Notes under the pieces: generated by a model
Told to the model about the DNA's origin: nothing
Databases searched by the model: none
What the model saw: the letters and a program-made list of their open reading frames with translations, nothing else
Assembly (NCBI GenBank): GCA_000934665.2
Contig: KZ538251.1
Span: forward strand, 1-64,000
DNA: 64,000 nucleotides
Source of the DNA: Catajapyx aquilonaris
Taxonomy: Eukaryota
Reading direction: 5' to 3'
Translations under genes and position numbers: made by a program
Shown: one piece after another, positions 25,501-40,000 of the stretch
Numbering within the stretch: the stretch's first letter is position 1
How the letters are laid out: every line of letters starts with the position of its first letter

Positions 25501-28500
25501 CAATTATCGCAGCAAATAGGCGGAAATAAGCGTGCGTTTCCCGTGGCATTTGGCCTTCCTCCCCCCACCCTACCCCAAACCAACTGCAGTTTGTCGGGCT
25601 TGGAGGATTCCGAGGATTTCGGGACATGCTGCCACCAACTTCCATCACCTAGGAAACTCTGGACCCCCTTTTTGAGACTGAAACTCTGGTGTTGTACAGT
25701 ACGCTAATAGAATGGTCAAAAAATGCGGGGTGTGGAAGCCAGAGAATAAAACTGTAGCTGACCGAGGCATGCTGATAGCTTAGCACCTGACAACCTGGCT
25801 GGGTCTGCTGTCACTCTGGTGTGTAAAAATAGGGGCATGATTTATTAACAAGTGCACAGGTATGGAGCGTGATCATTGTCAGACTGGATCGTACTGTGGT
25901 GTGAACTTTAGGATGGGAAAATTTTGGGGACGAGTGTGGTTTTACAGGTGAGAATAACTGGAGTGGATGCGAGCGTTAGTGGAAGGGACAAGCTGGGTCC
26001 TTAATGGAAATATGTAATTATGTTGCATGTGAATTTTAAATGTTTGCATATTTACAACTGGTTTCCAATATCCAGTGAATGAACAACAACGACAATGCGG
26101 AGGTACAAGTTTGTAGGTGTCTCTGCCCAAGTTGACGAGCTGTCCTCCAATCCATACTCGGGACAAGATTTGTGTTTTTGCATAATTAGACTTTGTTTAC
26201 ATTGACAGGGGTGAATAATCCATCGACTCTTCCCCCCTTTCGACTTTATGAAAAGTCAATGTGATTAGAGAACACCCTGTACATGGTAGCCATGTTGAGT
26301 ACACATGGCCTGTTCCCATTGCATTAATACATTCCTCAACATTTAATAGTTGCCGAGATCAGCTCCAACTAGACTGACTGTATAATGTTGAACTGAGAAA
26401 CCACCCAAGTGCTTAGTCAGGCAAGTCCAGTCGGAGCACAACATGCAGGCTTACGGTCTAAGATGGTTAATTATAAATGGCAAAACAAGAGTGCTGTTAA
26501 ACTGTAATGTAATAAGACGAGGTAGAATTAGACTTACGAGGCTGCGTGCAAAAACATGTAAATTATTGCAAGTGTTGGGTAAATTCAAGGCCTTAATTCA
26601 GTAAATCTTCCCAGTTTCTCAACCAAGGTATAGTGTTTGGTGGCTGAGCCTGGCAGCGACAATGTAAAACAATTACAATCGGTCATTTTGAATTCGGAAC
26701 ACCTGATTAGCCAACTCATTAAATGAGCCAAAGGCTAATGCGCCCAAATTGTGAAAAAGTGCTGTAAATGACAACTTTTTGGCTATAGGTATTTGTCAGC
26801 GCTTGTCGGATTATTTTCCATCATTGATGATGGCTGATACAGAGAGCCGAGGTCCGCATAGAAGGCCGTCCTTTTGCAAAATAGTGCGAATCCGCAATGC
26901 AGACAGACCGCTCATCAAATCCTGGGGATTCCGAGATTTACTTAGAAAACCAAGGGCAGCAGCTGGAAGGTGCCAAGAATTTCTCCAGGGAGATACTCAT
27001 TTGCATTCTGGACCCTTACCCGCAATCCCTTTTGCCGTTTAATCTCCACTGCGTCTGAGATGCAACGCAGGTACCTACACTTTTAGGTCAGGCACAAACA
27101 CTAGGAGGAAGGGGGGTTTTAATTCCCTAGGATTCTGCCTAGCTTGCTTAATTCCTCATCCATCAATTTTTCATTGTAGATATCAGCAGCCAGGAATTTC
27201 TAAAGTGTCGCCAGAGGAGGCCCTTTTGTGTCGAGAGTTAGTGCAATCCATCTTCTTCGACGCTGCAAACAAGTAGCAGTTACAAAAATAATCTCAGGAA
27301 CGTTGCGGACACGTTGATAAAATTAGCAAGCTCGATTAATTACCGGAGCGGAAATGAATTTGCGTGAGTGCCATGGAGCATCGAGGGTGCCTTTTCCTCG
27401 CATCGTCAAGTCAGGAAAATTGAGACATCTAACATGCAATCGGGGAGCCATTTTTTGGAGGGTGAAACACAGTGGGTTTGGCCAAGCAGGGTCCTAATGT
27501 ATCGAGGCTTGCCTAGAACTAGTACCTGGAGCAATCGTTCATTCAATGACCCGTGTAGGTCTCCCATGGCAAACTCACTCAGTGTTCGCCGCCCCCTAAA
27601 CATTGCAGGCTCAACCCAAATGCGCTGTTCCACTACAAGCGGCCACTGGGATAAGTCAATGTTCATTACCTGGCCGCCTACATGTACTTACACAATGGTG
27701 GGGATTTTTCACCGGCGCTAAGGTTTTTATTCCGTAGCTATAGGTTTTTTTGGGGGGTCCCGAGCGAGTTCCTCTGGTAGAAAAAAGGACGTAATTAATG
27801 ATCAAATTGTGCACTTGTTCTTGCAAGCGTAGGCAAACATTCTCATGCAATTCCTGCAGCATGTATTGGGTAAGTAAAGAAGGAGAGGCAGTTTTGTACG
27901 TAAATAACTTCAATCCCAATTGTGCAGAGAACTGATGGAGTCCACACAAGTATAGGAAAAGTGGAATTCAGAATGTTCCATGGTTTGTGTCATTTGATTC
28001 GGAAGTTTTGATCACTATTCATTACTCATTGGCTTAAATCAGCGTCTCCACCGGACAAAAGCGGAAACTTACACGGGATTTTACCCAAATGTCTACTCTA
28101 ACCAGAAGCATGATTCATAAATATATAAAAAATTCGGCGGAATGGCAAATATCAGCCAGTTACTGATGTGGCACCGATAAATGCTCTTTTAATAGCACAA
28201 ACGTCAAATTCCCCACTAAACAGTATTGACGTGCAGCTATGCATGCTCCTTTTTTTCGCTCACCCTGTACTTGGCATGGAACGCACGTAATTTTCAATAT
28301 TTTGTTCCGGAGGCTAATATGTGCAGCTATGTTTGTGTTCCCCAGGATGAAACGAAACTGACTCTTTCGACGATGTCCAATGAATGAATAATGGCCGCAG
28401 AAATTGCTCCATGAACAGAGTCATCAGCGACTCTTTCCATTTGACGTTGCTGAATACGGCGTAATAAATGTCTTGTTCCTTTCAGCTTCGTCGCATCCAT

Positions 28501-28949
28501 TATTAGCTCATAACTCAGGATATTATTTCGCACCGCTTGTCTCTTGTGATCAACTTGAAGCACGTCCAACTGGTGGACGGAGATGGGAGGGAAGGAATTT
28601 GTTAGAGGAAATTCAATACCGCCTTCAATCACTCAAGTTATTCTCCTGTTTTATAAGTCAAAGTATGGGAAATAATGATGCAAAACCTTACAAAATAATC
28701 TAAACTGGTTCAGTTCATCTGTTCAATATTTGCATTCTCAATGAGCATTGTAACTTAGTAGGAACTAGAAGATGGCGTGGATGATTGGATGCCTGGATGG
28801 AGGCTTCCTGATTTGTAAGCAGTTTTGTGTAAGCCTCAGTGAGGCTATAGTCTGACTATACAACAATCGACCACGACCCTGTGAGGTACTATGATGATCT
28901 AGGCAGATCAGAATTCAATTGACAACAAATAAATTTCTCCCAATATGTG

Positions 28950-29095
28950 CAGGTGTTTCAGCAGAAGTAATTCAAAGTTATGTGAATAAACCGCCAAAAA
29001 ACCCCAAAAAGGGTTGACGCCCACGCTTTTATCCCACACGCTTCAAGCACCCATTATTCATACAACTTTTGGATGGCCCGATTTGGAGCACCCTG
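28950..29095. mobile_element. Degenerate Tc1/mariner-type MITE
   Basis: Right end reverse complement TA|CAGGGTGCTCCAAATCGGGCCATCCAAAAGTTGTATGAATAA aligns with left TG|CAGG-TGTTTCAGCAGAAGTAATTC-AAAGTTATGTGAATAA. Confidence 0.55.
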
Positions 29096-32000
29096 TATTT
29101 TACCAAAAGTGGCGTCTGCACAACCCGGAACACCCAAACTCTATAGCCCTATCCGGTACTCATTTTAACACTAGGTTTGTAACATCTTGGGCACTAAAAT
29201 CGATTTGCATCTGTCCTCTCTCTGTCTTCTACACAAAAAAAGTAGAAAAAAAGAGGTTGACTCGCAGTCCTTTTTCCGTCAGAGCCGTTCTTTTGTGAAA
29301 ATGTCACCGCGTTGAAGGCAATATGACGCTGAGGAACCATAACCGCCAGCGGCTCATTTTTCTTGTGTCCCATCATGCCTCTCGCTGCCCACATCACAAA
29401 CCCCAGGGCTAGAGAAAAACTGCTCTTTTTCGAACTACCTCACAAAACTTCACTGGAGATTTGCTTTCCGTTGGGTAAATTAGGACTACTTGGCGGCCTC
29501 CCGAGCTGGACCTTAGAAATAATGGATGGCGGAGGGAACCTTTTCCTGCCCGGGTGTTGGACCGACTGTGTCAACAAGGTCTGTTCTTTCGAATTGAAAA
29601 ATAACGCCACTTTAGTGATAGTGTCCAATGGCCATACTGGAAGGACTTTATAGTCGGGCGAGTATTACAGCTTTTTATTGCTGGGTTTTTTGTGTATTTT
29701 AAGTTGGGATATTGCGAGAAAAACTGGATGAAAATGGGGCCAAATACAGCACTTTCAGTTTTAAGAGGGGGAAAGGAATGGTTAAAATGGTGACTTTTGT
29801 ACCTAATATAGGTTTATTCGACCGTTTCTGAACTACAGATATCGGGAAATTAGGATATCTGTTGGTTATGGTTACTCACCCACGTTCCGGCCACGGACGA
29901 GATGGATTTGATTGTTCGTTTTATTTATTTATTGTTACACCCAGCGAGCAAATTGCTCTTATACAGGCGGACATTTCAGGTTGAACAACTTGTTACATAT
30001 TGTGCGCCAATATATTTAACAACGCATTGGTGCATGGGAAAGAAAGCCAATAAAATTTTCAACAACCAATTGCCCAAGAATAATATTCTCAACTAGCCGA
30101 AGTAACTTAACTGAATAGTAATTTCAGAAAGTACATGCTAGTAAACTTAATTCCATTTTGACGGTTTTTTTGGTCCATATATTGAATAGGTTACAGACTT
30201 CTCCGTATAGGTGTGACGTGTATTTGCTGGTGTCATGACATCATTCAGAAGAACAGATTGTGTAATTTTCAGCTTCCTTCCATTTTAGCTCAGTCTCTCT
30301 GAAGCTATAGTTCCTGTAGCTATGCTTGGAAGTTCTAGAATCGAGCCTGATTTACTTCAATTGCTGTAATAAATCCCAAGCCCTCCTAGGGTGAGTGCTG
30401 ACTTCTTGAACACCTAACAGATGATTTCCCGTAATTTTTTCCCCACCTCCAGCTACACCTCGGTTCCACATTACGCCTACAAGCATATCTCTCAACCCCT
30501 AGAGCTTCGGAGTAAATGAGTTTTAGCGATTGCTGTCAGCCCACATGGGAATTAGTTCCTTAGCAGGAAAGAGATGGGAATGCTAATATTCCCTTCGGCC
30601 ATCTCAAATTACTGATGAGTATACAAACAGAAAAAAAACTTAAGCCGCTTTTGACGTTTTGAGTCTGTCAGTTGCACAGTACAAAGTTATTAGATGTTTC
30701 GAGACTTTTTTTTTTTTTTTTGCTACCCGCCTTGGAGTCTTGAATTGAAGAGAAAAGGAAATAGAGCTGCTTTTTGCCTCCAAGCTCTGAGAGTTAGAAG
30801 TGGGAACGTCGAAAAGCAATATGGTTCTTCTCCCATGAGGAGCCATATGTCTCTGCAATTAATGTTGGGGCGTTTTGTCTCGCTGCAGCAGCCGCATCGA
30901 CGTGAAAAAGGGCTAAAGGCTCTCCTTTTCTCAGGAGGACGCAAAAAAAACCAGTTGGGTTGGAACTGAAGTACACTCGTTAGCACTTGCCCCTTTTCAA
31001 AAAATATCCGGATTTTGCCTGAAAAAAGTGGCAATTGGACGACCCAATATGTGCAGCATTTTAATTACTAAGGGCTATCGGAGACGTAAAGGAAGATGGA
31101 TCTAGAGGAAGTGGGGGGCAACAGTTGGGTGAAATAATCCAACACGAAATTTACATGTCTGCTGCTATCTCTTCCTGCAGTCTCTCCGGACTGACGTCAC
31201 ATCATCCTCAATCTTCATAGATCATGGACTATTCTTATTCTCTCCTCCCTCCGCGCGTAACCAGCTGACACGTAATTATTCAACATGTTCGCCCTGTCTA
31301 ATGCCGCCGCTCTCCAATCAATAAGGAAGGATTTGAGGCTTTATTCGAGTAGCAATTTGTCACGATTTAGCTGAAAAAAATTGGCGATCGATAGATAATG
31401 TTATCCGCAAAATTGTCGGAAGATTGTGACACAAAGTGCAGTTATGTGGCTGCAAGCTTCACAGTTGGCAAATCTGAATCAATACAAACTCCAAAATCTA
31501 AAAATGGACGAACCTTGAATCTATAGGTGGGGGGGGGGGGGANGGTTTTGGATGGGGCAGATCGATATGAAATATTGTAGCCCACCAGTAGCAGCAGCCC
31601 AAAGTCAAGCGGCCACTTTTCAATTTACCCTCCCAAATGACAGGTCTCTGAGTAATTCCTTCATTCCAGGCCCGCCTTCTCCAGACCTATATCTCAAAAT
31701 ATGTTTCTTTGGCCAAATTCGGGTCAAGTTTGCTATAAAAAAAAGAGAAGAAGGTGGGGTGGTTCAAAGTTTGGGTAGTTATTAAGGCGCGCGGGACTTC
31801 TCCACCTTTGGGAGAATCAATGGAGTCGACAGCGTCAGGCAAAACACAAGACTCATCCATCTTCCCCCGGACCCAAGCTATGAAACTGCATTTTAGGCAT
31901 TGGGATGATGGATAGCGGATTTGGAAACCGACTCCCACGGTGCATAACTTTGGCTTGTCATTGCACAATGGAGCTGATGCAACTTGGCCTAGAACCTGTT

Positions 32001-32216
32001 ATAAAAACCTGGTTGCAATTAAAACACAATTCATACAGATATAGACTGGATTTCGGATATCGGAAATCGATATTGCATGCGATTTGATATATTGAACAGA
32101 GAAAAAAAGATATCGAAATTCGAAATATTGAAAATATCTCAATAGAGCAATGGAGTCATATCGATATTAGATACATTGAACATTTCAATATTAGTTTCAT
32201 CGGACATACCGGTATT

Positions 32217-32217
<1 letters not shown>

Positions 32218-32280
<63 letters not shown>
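32218..32280. repeat. (TAA)21 microsatellite
   Basis: Directly visible perfect run. Confidence 0.97.
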
Positions 32281-32281
<1 letters not shown>

Positions 32282-32554
32282 CATGCCCCGTTATCAGCCT
32301 ATCGGCTCTTTAGGAGGGAAGTTTTTTTTGTCTGGAACGCTTTGCTTTCATTTTACTGCACTTTTTGAGATAGGATAGGGACGGAAGGAAGCGGCTGTGG
32401 CCTATTAATTACGGAAACAACTCCTGGAAGGACCGTGGGAAACCACAGAAAACCACGGTCAGAGTTGCCGGCCCCGGGATTTGATCCCAGGACCTCCCGA
32501 TTAGCAGTCGGACACAGGTCGGACACCATATCCCCTACTCCGAACTGCTTCGGT
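32218..32554 (-). mobile_element. tRNA-derived SINE resembling the Talua-like family of hemimetabolous insects, with (TTA)n tail
   Basis: Minus strand: decayed A box (CCGAAGCAGTTCGGAGTAGGGG), B box GGGATCAAATCCC (32476-32488), then TCTGACCGTGGTTTTCTGTGGTTTCCCACGGTCCTTCCAGG...AGGCCACAGCCGCTTCCTTCC (32383-32403). Family name is from recalled consensus, not a search. Whether the tail segment 32218-32370 belongs to it is less certain. Confidence 0.72.
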
Positions 32555-35500
32555 TGAAATTTGAATTGAAAATATCGAACTTGTATCAATTGAAAATATC
32601 GCAATTATAGGCCTACCAATTGAAAAATATCAAAATGATATCAATTGAAAAATATGAACATTCAAAATATTTAAAATATCGACATTTTTTGATACATTGA
32701 CAAAATAATATTCGATATATCGATTACTTGTTAGATATATAATAATATGGCCTTAATTCAGAGTGTGGTTGTTTGTGGCTAGGTTCTGGTGCAGGGCGTG
32801 CAAAAATGCATTGGTTCCGTTCTGGTGCCTTGTTCCGATTGCCATCAGCTCCCTTTTTTGGTGCGTTTCCTGGGGGTCCCACTGGGCGAGGAGGGTTCAA
32901 ACCCACACAATTTGCTTCCTGTCCTGCAACCAACGACACGGTTCCTTGCAATTTCACACCGAATTTGTTTGAGGGGACTTCCCCGTGCAGGCTTGGAAGA
33001 TTTGACGCGTCCTATACCTGCACAGGGTTCGTCCATTATGCATTCAATACTGTCTAACATACCCAAGTTTCTCACATTGTACCATCAGTTGTTTTTAATC
33101 TCAAGGAGGGGTAAATTACATATGGTGACATCAATTTCCAGTGTGTAAGGCTCATCAGTAAGACTTGTCGGAGGTTCATGGCCTTTAACTTGCGATATGT
33201 GACGGAAGTGGGACATTTTTTTTGAGAGAGAGATATAGCCTACATCAAGCGTGGCATTAAACATTCATGCCGACACACGTTTTCCACGCAGAAAACATTC
33301 ATTCCAGGTCTCGCATATCACTTTGGTTGTGCATGTGTTAGTCATGGTGTTACACATTTTTCTGTTTCGCCTCTGCCAGCTGTCATGAAAAAGTTCGCGT
33401 TCACGAATTTACAAAACAGAATGTTGCTGCGAGCGTAAATAAGAGGAATTCTGGGCAATTCCAGCTGGAAATTGGCCAGTAAATTTTAGCAAAGAATTTG
33501 AAGCATTACTATTATTTTAATTGGATGAAGGTTGTTGTGTTCATTGCAAGTACTAAACATAATATTGTGTTCTCAACTCTATAATTTTGTGATAAATCCC
33601 AAGACTGCTCTCGTGTATGGCTTCACAGGACCTAAAGTGAATAATCTGTGATGCATAGTATACACGGCATATACAGTATACTACAAGTAATTTTTAGTTG
33701 AAACTTCGTGCTTTAAAATATGCGTAATTTTGCAAATGAGATGAGTTCATTACCCGTGGACGGTACGACTTTATATACAGGACACTCCCTGCGTATCTGG
33801 TGTAAGCTTACATGTATACAGCACAGCAGCCCTGAAGCAAAGAGATCTGCATCATATTGCTGAAACTGCTCAATCACAAAGCCTTCTCTGAATTCTGGTT
33901 ATATTAGTGATATCTCAAGAGAGGAGGAGACAAAAAGTGTGGAGGGGACAAACCCCAGAGAGACTTCGACCCGGTCTTTCAAGTGACATTAATGCAAATT
34001 CAAGGCCCTCCAGTCTCCCCAAATATGAAGCACTGTAGGGGACAGCCAGGCTTTTGGCGGAACGCTGTAACCACGGGGGAATTTCGGTATAATTCAAACA
34101 AAAATTCTAAATCATCACCACTGTCTCCTGCGACAGCATTCCAGAACGCGCGTTATCCTTTGCAGCGTACTAGACCACGCAGTGTGTATTTTTTTTTCTT
34201 CGAAAAATGAGGTATATAGCGAGCAAAATGGTATTTGACAGTCTGTAAATTAACCCTGCAAAAACGAGGGGGCAATTACTCAGAAACGAGCATTAACGAA
34301 GTATTCATTGGATTTCCCTCCCGTACAAATGTCACATATCCTTCTGCACGTACGGCGTCGGAGTGATGACCACGGCATTTAAGTCGGTTCGGCGGATTGG
34401 CCCTCCTAATACCCGCGTAAAAATGGGTTGTCGGTTTAATTAATTAATTTAAATTGATGGAACAAGCATGTGAAACTGGAATTATCACCCTTGGCGAGTT
34501 TGGGAGTAATTTGCACTGCTGAGGGATCCCAACCCGTTGATTGGATATTAAATCGATGGGGTTGTTGTAGTGTGTAGTTGATTCCGCTGCGTGTACCGTG
34601 ACGTCAAGTCATTTGGAGCCCACCCAATGACTAGCGCAATTTCGCTGGTCATGGTTCACCCATAATTTTATTTGCACATATCCAACAGCATAGGCGGAGA
34701 TCGGATTAGCCGGATTTTCCACTCGAATTTGCCGCCATTTTGAATCCTGAAAATGAAATGTGGCTATCACCACTCCACCTGTCCACACCTTCAGTTAAGA
34801 CGTCCATGTTTGAAGCGACCCCTAAATTTTGAGCCCTCTTTGGTGTCGCCTGGGCTGAAACTCATTTGAGCTTAGGACAAGGGCTGTTATACTGGAAGAC
34901 GACAGATCGGAGTGGGAGAGCCTGGTGCTTTCTCTCTGTACAAAGCCGTAGGTTTCAGGAAATTCCCAGTAACCATCTCCGCTAAATTGAAAACATTTAT
35001 TATTCATGAAACACAAGTGTGCTCGCCCCTTTGTCCTTCATCAACAACCCCCTTTTGCTTCTGCCAGAAGCCCTTGTGTCTTAAAGTCAGCCCGCCGTTC
35101 TCCTCTGCAAGGCACCAGCTTTTTCATGCACACTTAAGAGCAGCGTACCGAGTACCGGTACGTGCCTGGATATTGATTTCATTCTCCCCAAAAGCACCCA
35201 AGGAGATGTGTCGGCTAGAAAGTGCCGGAAGTGCGATTAATCTGTAATTAATGTGATAGCTGTAACGCGCTCTGGTGCGTTATTTAACGGACAATTGACG
35301 GCCCGTTTAGGTTGAAACACCTGATGACTTCTTAGACCTCGCACGCAATCCAAACTTTTTGATTCGCGCTTATCTCTTCCAACTTCTTACAGAGCTATGC
35401 CTCCCTAATTTGTTTCCAAAAGCGATAACCGAAGTCCCGCGCTGGCTCGGGCCTCCGGAAGTTTAAAATAACGTTACAAGAGACGGGGGGAGGGGGTCTC

Positions 35501-36779
35501 CATATCTAGAGAGTATCGGACCCGAATGCTCTAAATCTCTTCGATTGTCCTCCAAACTTCAAAGCCCGTCTCTGTTTCGGTATTTCCGATGCACTCGCAG
35601 CCGCAACCATCTTCATTTGCGACCCGTTTCAGCATTCAATTCCGATTCGGGCCAACTTTCACATCGTTGCGAGTCCTGGAGATTTGCTGAGGCCAGATTT
35701 TGTACTGGGTACTACATTTTGTGAAGGATATGCTTTGAACTTTGTCGTTTTTAAAAAAATTGGATGAAATCTGTAAGTGGCCGGTATATCTGGAATAAAC
35801 TAGCATTTGTTAGATGGTTATTTGTGGTCCCTGCCATAGACAAGGCTGCAATCATAAATAAAAAAAGACGCTGCGACATCATACTTTACGACACATCCAG
35901 GGTTCTCTGTGGGTGATGTATGGCGGCCCTATCATTCACGAATTTCACCATTTATTCTTTACATGAAGATATATTGTGACCATTTTAAAATCCACGGACT
36001 CACGTTGCGTTTTGTGCTGCTCTTTTTTGTGGAGGGAGGGAGATATTTAGCTTGTTTTCATTCCATAGGAATTTGGAAGCAAAACCCTTTCAATCAGATT
36101 TTGCGCATGGTCGCACGTCAGTCCCAGAAGGAGAATAATTTCTTCGTGACTGATGCCAATTGAATTACAGCTCATTCAGTTACGGCGCGAGCTACAATGG
36201 AAAACGACCAGCAGATAAGACAGGTGTGATCCATTCGGTGAGAAAATTACCTGCAATTGACACCCACTCTCTATCCCCTCCCCCACCCACTAACACCTCC
36301 CCTCCTGTTCCCATGGCACCTCGTCAGGTAATAAAGCCTCTCTAGATTGGACACCCAATTTAATTCTACCTGTCCGCGCTGGTATTCGTGTCATTATGGG
36401 GACGGAATTCCGGATGAAAATAAAAACCCGACCGTACAGTGTACGAACGGGCAATGTTTTTTTTTCTTTTTTCTTTTTTTTTGACCGCTCCCCTGACATT
36501 TTCCCACGTAGGATGGAAGCGGGATGTTTAAAAAAGGCTTTTGTGTGGCTGAAAGGCCACAGGAAGAGGAGATGGCTGTCGGCTGGTTACGCCTGTTGAA
36601 TCTTTCCGCTAATGGCCACGAAACGAGGGATCTACTCCAGATCCTGCCACTTCTCCACAGTCTAAACGAATGCTGCAATTTCCGACAGTTGACACTGGTT
36701 TCAAAATTGGGCCTTTCCTGACCTACATCGGTTCGAAAAACCCGGTCTTTGCATTATACCAGTGGGGGGGGGGGGGGGG

Positions 36780-37032
36780 NNNNNNNNNNNNNNNNNNNNN
36801 NNNNNNNNNNNNNNNNNNNNNNNNNNNNNNNNNNNNNNNNNNNNNNNNNNNNNNNNNNNNNNNNNNNNNNNNNNNNNNNNNNNNNNNNNNNNNNNNNNNN
36901 NNNNNNNNNNNNNNNNNNNNNNNNNNNNNNNNNNNNNNNNNNNNNNNNNNNNNNNNNNNNNNNNNNNNNNNNNNNNNNNNNNNNNNNNNNNNNNNNNNNN
37001 NNNNNNNNNNNNNNNNNNNNNNNNNNNNNNNN
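36780..37032. other. Assembly gap, 253 N
   Basis: N run with poly-G on the left and poly-C just to the right. Confidence 0.99.
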
Positions 37033-40000
37033 TTTTTTACCCCCCCCCCCCCCCTCAAAAAAAATGGGCGTGTTCATGCGACCAAGTGCAGTTTATTTGG
37101 TCGGAGTGGTGGTGCCACATTAGAGAACGTTTTCTGCTCGCTGAGTTCCACTGAGTCATTTCAGCTCCTGTGCACAGCCCGTCATCAGGATGGTCCTACT
37201 GAGTGACCTAGAGATTGCGTGCGTTGTTGTAGCAGTCACAGGAAAAGAGGCAGTAGAGCGTGGTTACCATGGGTGCACCCACTGAATTCCACAGTCTTGC
37301 ACAAGGCATTCCGCCAAATTCTTCGATGTCAAAGGCTATGATGACAGATTTCACGCGGTTTTGAGGCTTACAGGAAAAAAACACGCTGAAATAGTGAATA
37401 GTATTGCAAGCGCCATCTGTTGGTCACTTAGCAAAACAAATAATGACCCAAATAATTTACAACAGTTCCCAGAAACAAGAGGAAGGCATGAATGAGGAAT
37501 CCCTAAGACGTAGTAATTCGGCTTTAGTTAGGCATGATGTAGGGAGTAGAGTAGTTAGTGCCGGACGACATTCCCCGGGGAATGCTAACCCAGAAGTGAC
37601 GTCCCTCCACAAGGTCGTCAGTAATTAATCCAACTTAACAGTGAGGAGGAGAAGGAGCGAAATTAGCCAGTGAGAACCTCCTAGTCGTCCCGCACGAAAT
37701 AGCAGGACTCTGCCATTGTGTGTGCAAATATTTGGCACCAGTGCAATCTTTACTGGAAGCGCGCGGGTGCACGATTTGAAATCGGGCCAAACTTCACCTC
37801 GGTTGGCTGTATATAGCTGGACGAGCAGTCTGCCACTGCAGTTGCACGCCTCACTTGGATGATGAAGTTTCAAGCAGATTCATGTGGGCTTTGAATAACT
37901 CATGGGGCTGGCAAGATTTGATGTTCTGAGGGAAAACGAGGACGGCAGACAGGAGTTGATGGGGCGTGATCCTACCTATCTATTATTAATGAGTTAGTTT
38001 ACTATTAAGCTTTCAGCAGGAACGTTGGCTTCTGATATACCCCTAATGGTATTTAATAGCCGCCGGTTCATTAGCGGAGGCGGTTGAAAATTGAGCTGAT
38101 TTGTTCGTCATTTGAGATGAATGTCGGCTTGGATGACACGTGATATCTTCAGCTTTACTGTGTTTTCTATATTTACGAAACGACAATCCGTGCTTGCCTA
38201 GGAGGTCATTTTGGTCAAATGAGGCTGATGACAGGAAGCCATCCATTTACGGATGCTCACCAAGGATGCACCAACTTTGTAACCTACATGCGCCTATTCA
38301 GAGCTGAACTTCCTGGTGCACAATTATGTACAGGGACGCCTACACATTGTTTCCAGGAGAGTGGACCTGCACTATTGTGTACTCCCCGGTTTGTACATTT
38401 CGCTACCATGAATGAACACCAGCATTTGTTTTTTGTGGGGTCAGGTCGAATTGGTGTCCCACACCCTTCCAGGAATAAATTAATAAAAATGACCGCCTGT
38501 TAAAACAAAACAATATATACCTCTAACAGATGGTTTGACCTGACTCAACACCGGGTGCAGATGGTGAACTGGGCAGGAAACAATTGTAGGCGGAGGTACA
38601 GCTGGCAGATTTGGGGAAAAGGTAGGGGTCGTCTACTGGTGTGCCCCATGGAACATCAATCACCTAAGCTACAGTCTGACGCGTTTAGAAACACCACCCG
38701 CTTACTTTTGTGTTGGGGGAAAGTGCAGTCATCGTATCTGATATTATGCATTAGCAAGTATGATTGCATGACCCGTGCTGTGCTTTACGTCAGATAGTAC
38801 GATACCGAGTACGGCATTTTTGACGGATACATGACGCTACAAAGGGGTGCTTCCGGTCCTGTCTTACACTTTTGGCTGTTACAACAGAAACTAGTTTACA
38901 GAATACTGTAGCTGCGCACCGTGGCTTCCAACCGAAGTAGAAGGTGAAAAGTATTATATACAAGCCACAATGCAGAGAGAATGGCACATTATGCGCTTAT
39001 TTGCATAATTTCTGCACGTTGATTGTATCCACTCGAGCTCCTTTTACTTCAATCTACAACGAGCAAGTTTTAATAATTAATCATTCTTGATAAGTAATTT
39101 GCAAGGTTTACACTGACGAGGAGATGTAGAATTGCCAGGTGATTAAGACGCTCGAGAAGACAAGGAATAATCATATACATCTAACACCACGTACGTCGGA
39201 AATTATCATATGCAAGACATGACGCGTCTTTGCGAGGGTGTTTGCATGAGGGAGTGGCACAGTATTAAGACAAGTGGGTCAGGTCGTTCATTATACAATT
39301 TTGTACATGTCTAGAGTCAGGAGTGCATTTTAAGGTTGAACCCTAGTTATATTGTTGTTTATGCTACCCTAAAACTTCAAGGACCTCATATATTATAATT
39401 TTGGCAACACACATTCCATATTTTGACGGACTGAAATTAATAAAATTAATGGATTAATATAATTAATATAATCCCGAACGAACCTTTTTGAGCCCATTTT
39501 AAAAGATTTAAAGCATATATAGTATCCACCAGAAAGAAGTCACACATGGCTCGCATCATGCTTAATGAACCAGGGGCAAAGGCGCTAATTGCCCATAAAC
39601 TCCCCCTGAGATCTTCATATTTGAAAAGTCTGCACGCCTTATAAGTCGCCCCCGTTTTCTACCCAAGTCATCATTAAGTGACACCAGGGCGGAATCTAAT
39701 TAGAGCTGAATCGTAGTGATGCGCAATTAGGTCCTACCCCCTTCTCTAACCCCCCCTTTCCCCCTACCCCTTTTCCTCAAATTATATCCAGCATGGCATC
39801 CACAACCGCGTTGGCATTCAAGTCACCTCCGGACTTTTGGAGGCGGGTAGGGGGGGTGGGGGAGATATTCATAATTCGGCGCGTGTCGCCTTGTGTGGCG
39901 CCCGGTTATGTGTCTTGAACCTACCTCTCTGTATAACGCCAGGCATTCCGCGGAACAGCAAATAAAGTTTCGCAGTCGGCCTCAGAAAGGACGGGTTATC

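Larger units (their letters stand above)
32043..32725. mobile_element. AT-rich repeat element with many ATCGAT/GATAT/TTGAAAATATC words, interrupted by a SINE and (TAA)n
   Basis: The same motif vocabulary occurs on both sides (32043-32217 and 32555-32725) of the SINE; CAATTGAAAA(A)TAT recurs three times at 32587-32655. Confidence 0.5.

Noticed and set aside
36670..37206. Five ORFs of 107-178 aa
   Set aside because: Artefacts of translating through the 253-N gap
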